64,000 bases of DNA. Origin: Azolla caroliniana. Lineage: Eukaryota > Plantae > Polypodiophyta. The translations under genes were made by a program, and so were the position numbers. Shown piece by piece: positions 63,337-64,000 of this stretch (positions are counted from its first letter, which is position 1; every line of letters begins with the position of its first letter). The stretch is taken from the NCBI GenBank assembly GCA_043228905.1, contig JBHGNT010000009.1, forward strand, positions 248,001-312,000, written 5' to 3'. Under the pieces are notes generated by a model, which saw only the letters and a list, made by a program, of their open reading frames with translations, had not been told where the DNA came from and did not search any database.

Positions 63337-64000
63337 AAACCATTATATATGACCATCTGGTGCCGACTGCCAAGTTCGAGCAAATGATGGCCAAAGCTCG
63401 TGGTGTCCGCACCTTGATCCTTTGATCTATGTGTGGTACCTATGTCTGAAGGATCGACATTTACCATTTTTAGGTTTCTATTCATTTGAAATATTGTGCA
63501 TTGCCGGGATTGGGTTCTCGCATTAAAGTCTCCTACAAGGAATACTTCTCCTTGGGAAGAATATCGGATTATGTCATCCGATAGAGGTTCATATGGGGAA
63601 GGCCCATGTGGCACTCCTTCATCAACTAATCTCGCCTCACCAGCCAGATTATAACGAGAGCCTTTCGGGGAGAAGTAACAAATGGCGAAAAATATTGCCT
63701 TGTCCTCGCTTGTGGAGACTTTCACCCACATAAAACGAGCTTCTGGGTCTATGCTCAGTATTTCTATCCTATTATGTAGCTCCCTCTGAAACAATATTGC
63801 GACACCTCCAGATCCCCTGGTAGTGCATCGACGTGAGGTTTGTCTAAAAGCCGACTCCCAACGAAATCCTTCGACTCGTGGGAGTCCCCTATTTGGGCTT
63901 TGGTGTGTTTCTACTAGGCAAACTATATCTTATTCCTTTAATATCTCCTCTAGGTAGTCGGGGTGTGTCTAGAGTGCGCCGTTACAATTCCATAAGGTCA

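Larger units (their letters stand above)
59304..64000 (-). mobile_element. Non-L1 LINE (RTE-X-like), frameshifted, runs off the right edge; 3' end at a (TC)n tract
   Basis: APE motifs WNCNG, CLVETH, LVGDFNAR, IDYLI and DHSFL. RT motifs EQAGFR, FVDFRKAFDTV, GVKQGCPLSPTLF and LLYADDIVL. C-terminal ICRLC...EDEYHF..KC. Frameshifts at about 61570 and 60160. (AG)n at 59304-59328. Confidence 0.85.

Overview
Eukaryotic, land-plant nuclear DNA. A fern or other seed-free vascular plant is my inference, from PLS-type PPR remnants, GT-AG introns and the transposon spectrum. Roughly two thirds of the window is transposable elements. These are: a TSD-bounded L1 LINE (7221-24263) interrupted by a Ty1/copia element that itself carries a second copy of the same family in its 5' LTR; an intact, very young chromodomain Ty3/gypsy element (51312-58418); an RTE-X-like LINE interrupted by a related copia solo LTR; several 5'-truncated L1 copies; and non-autonomous MULE, hAT and probable Helitron elements. 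Three host genes are supported: a two-exon BAHD acyltransferase-like gene lacking the catalytic His, a three-exon membrane-anchored PhyH-like dioxygenase/double-cupin fusion of bacterial appearance, and an intronless GT77 RAY1-like glycosyltransferase. The most interesting items are the PhyH-cupin fusion, the strong CCGG enrichment of the copia family, and the non-catalytic-looking BAHD. All assignments come from motif recognition by eye; no database searches were run.
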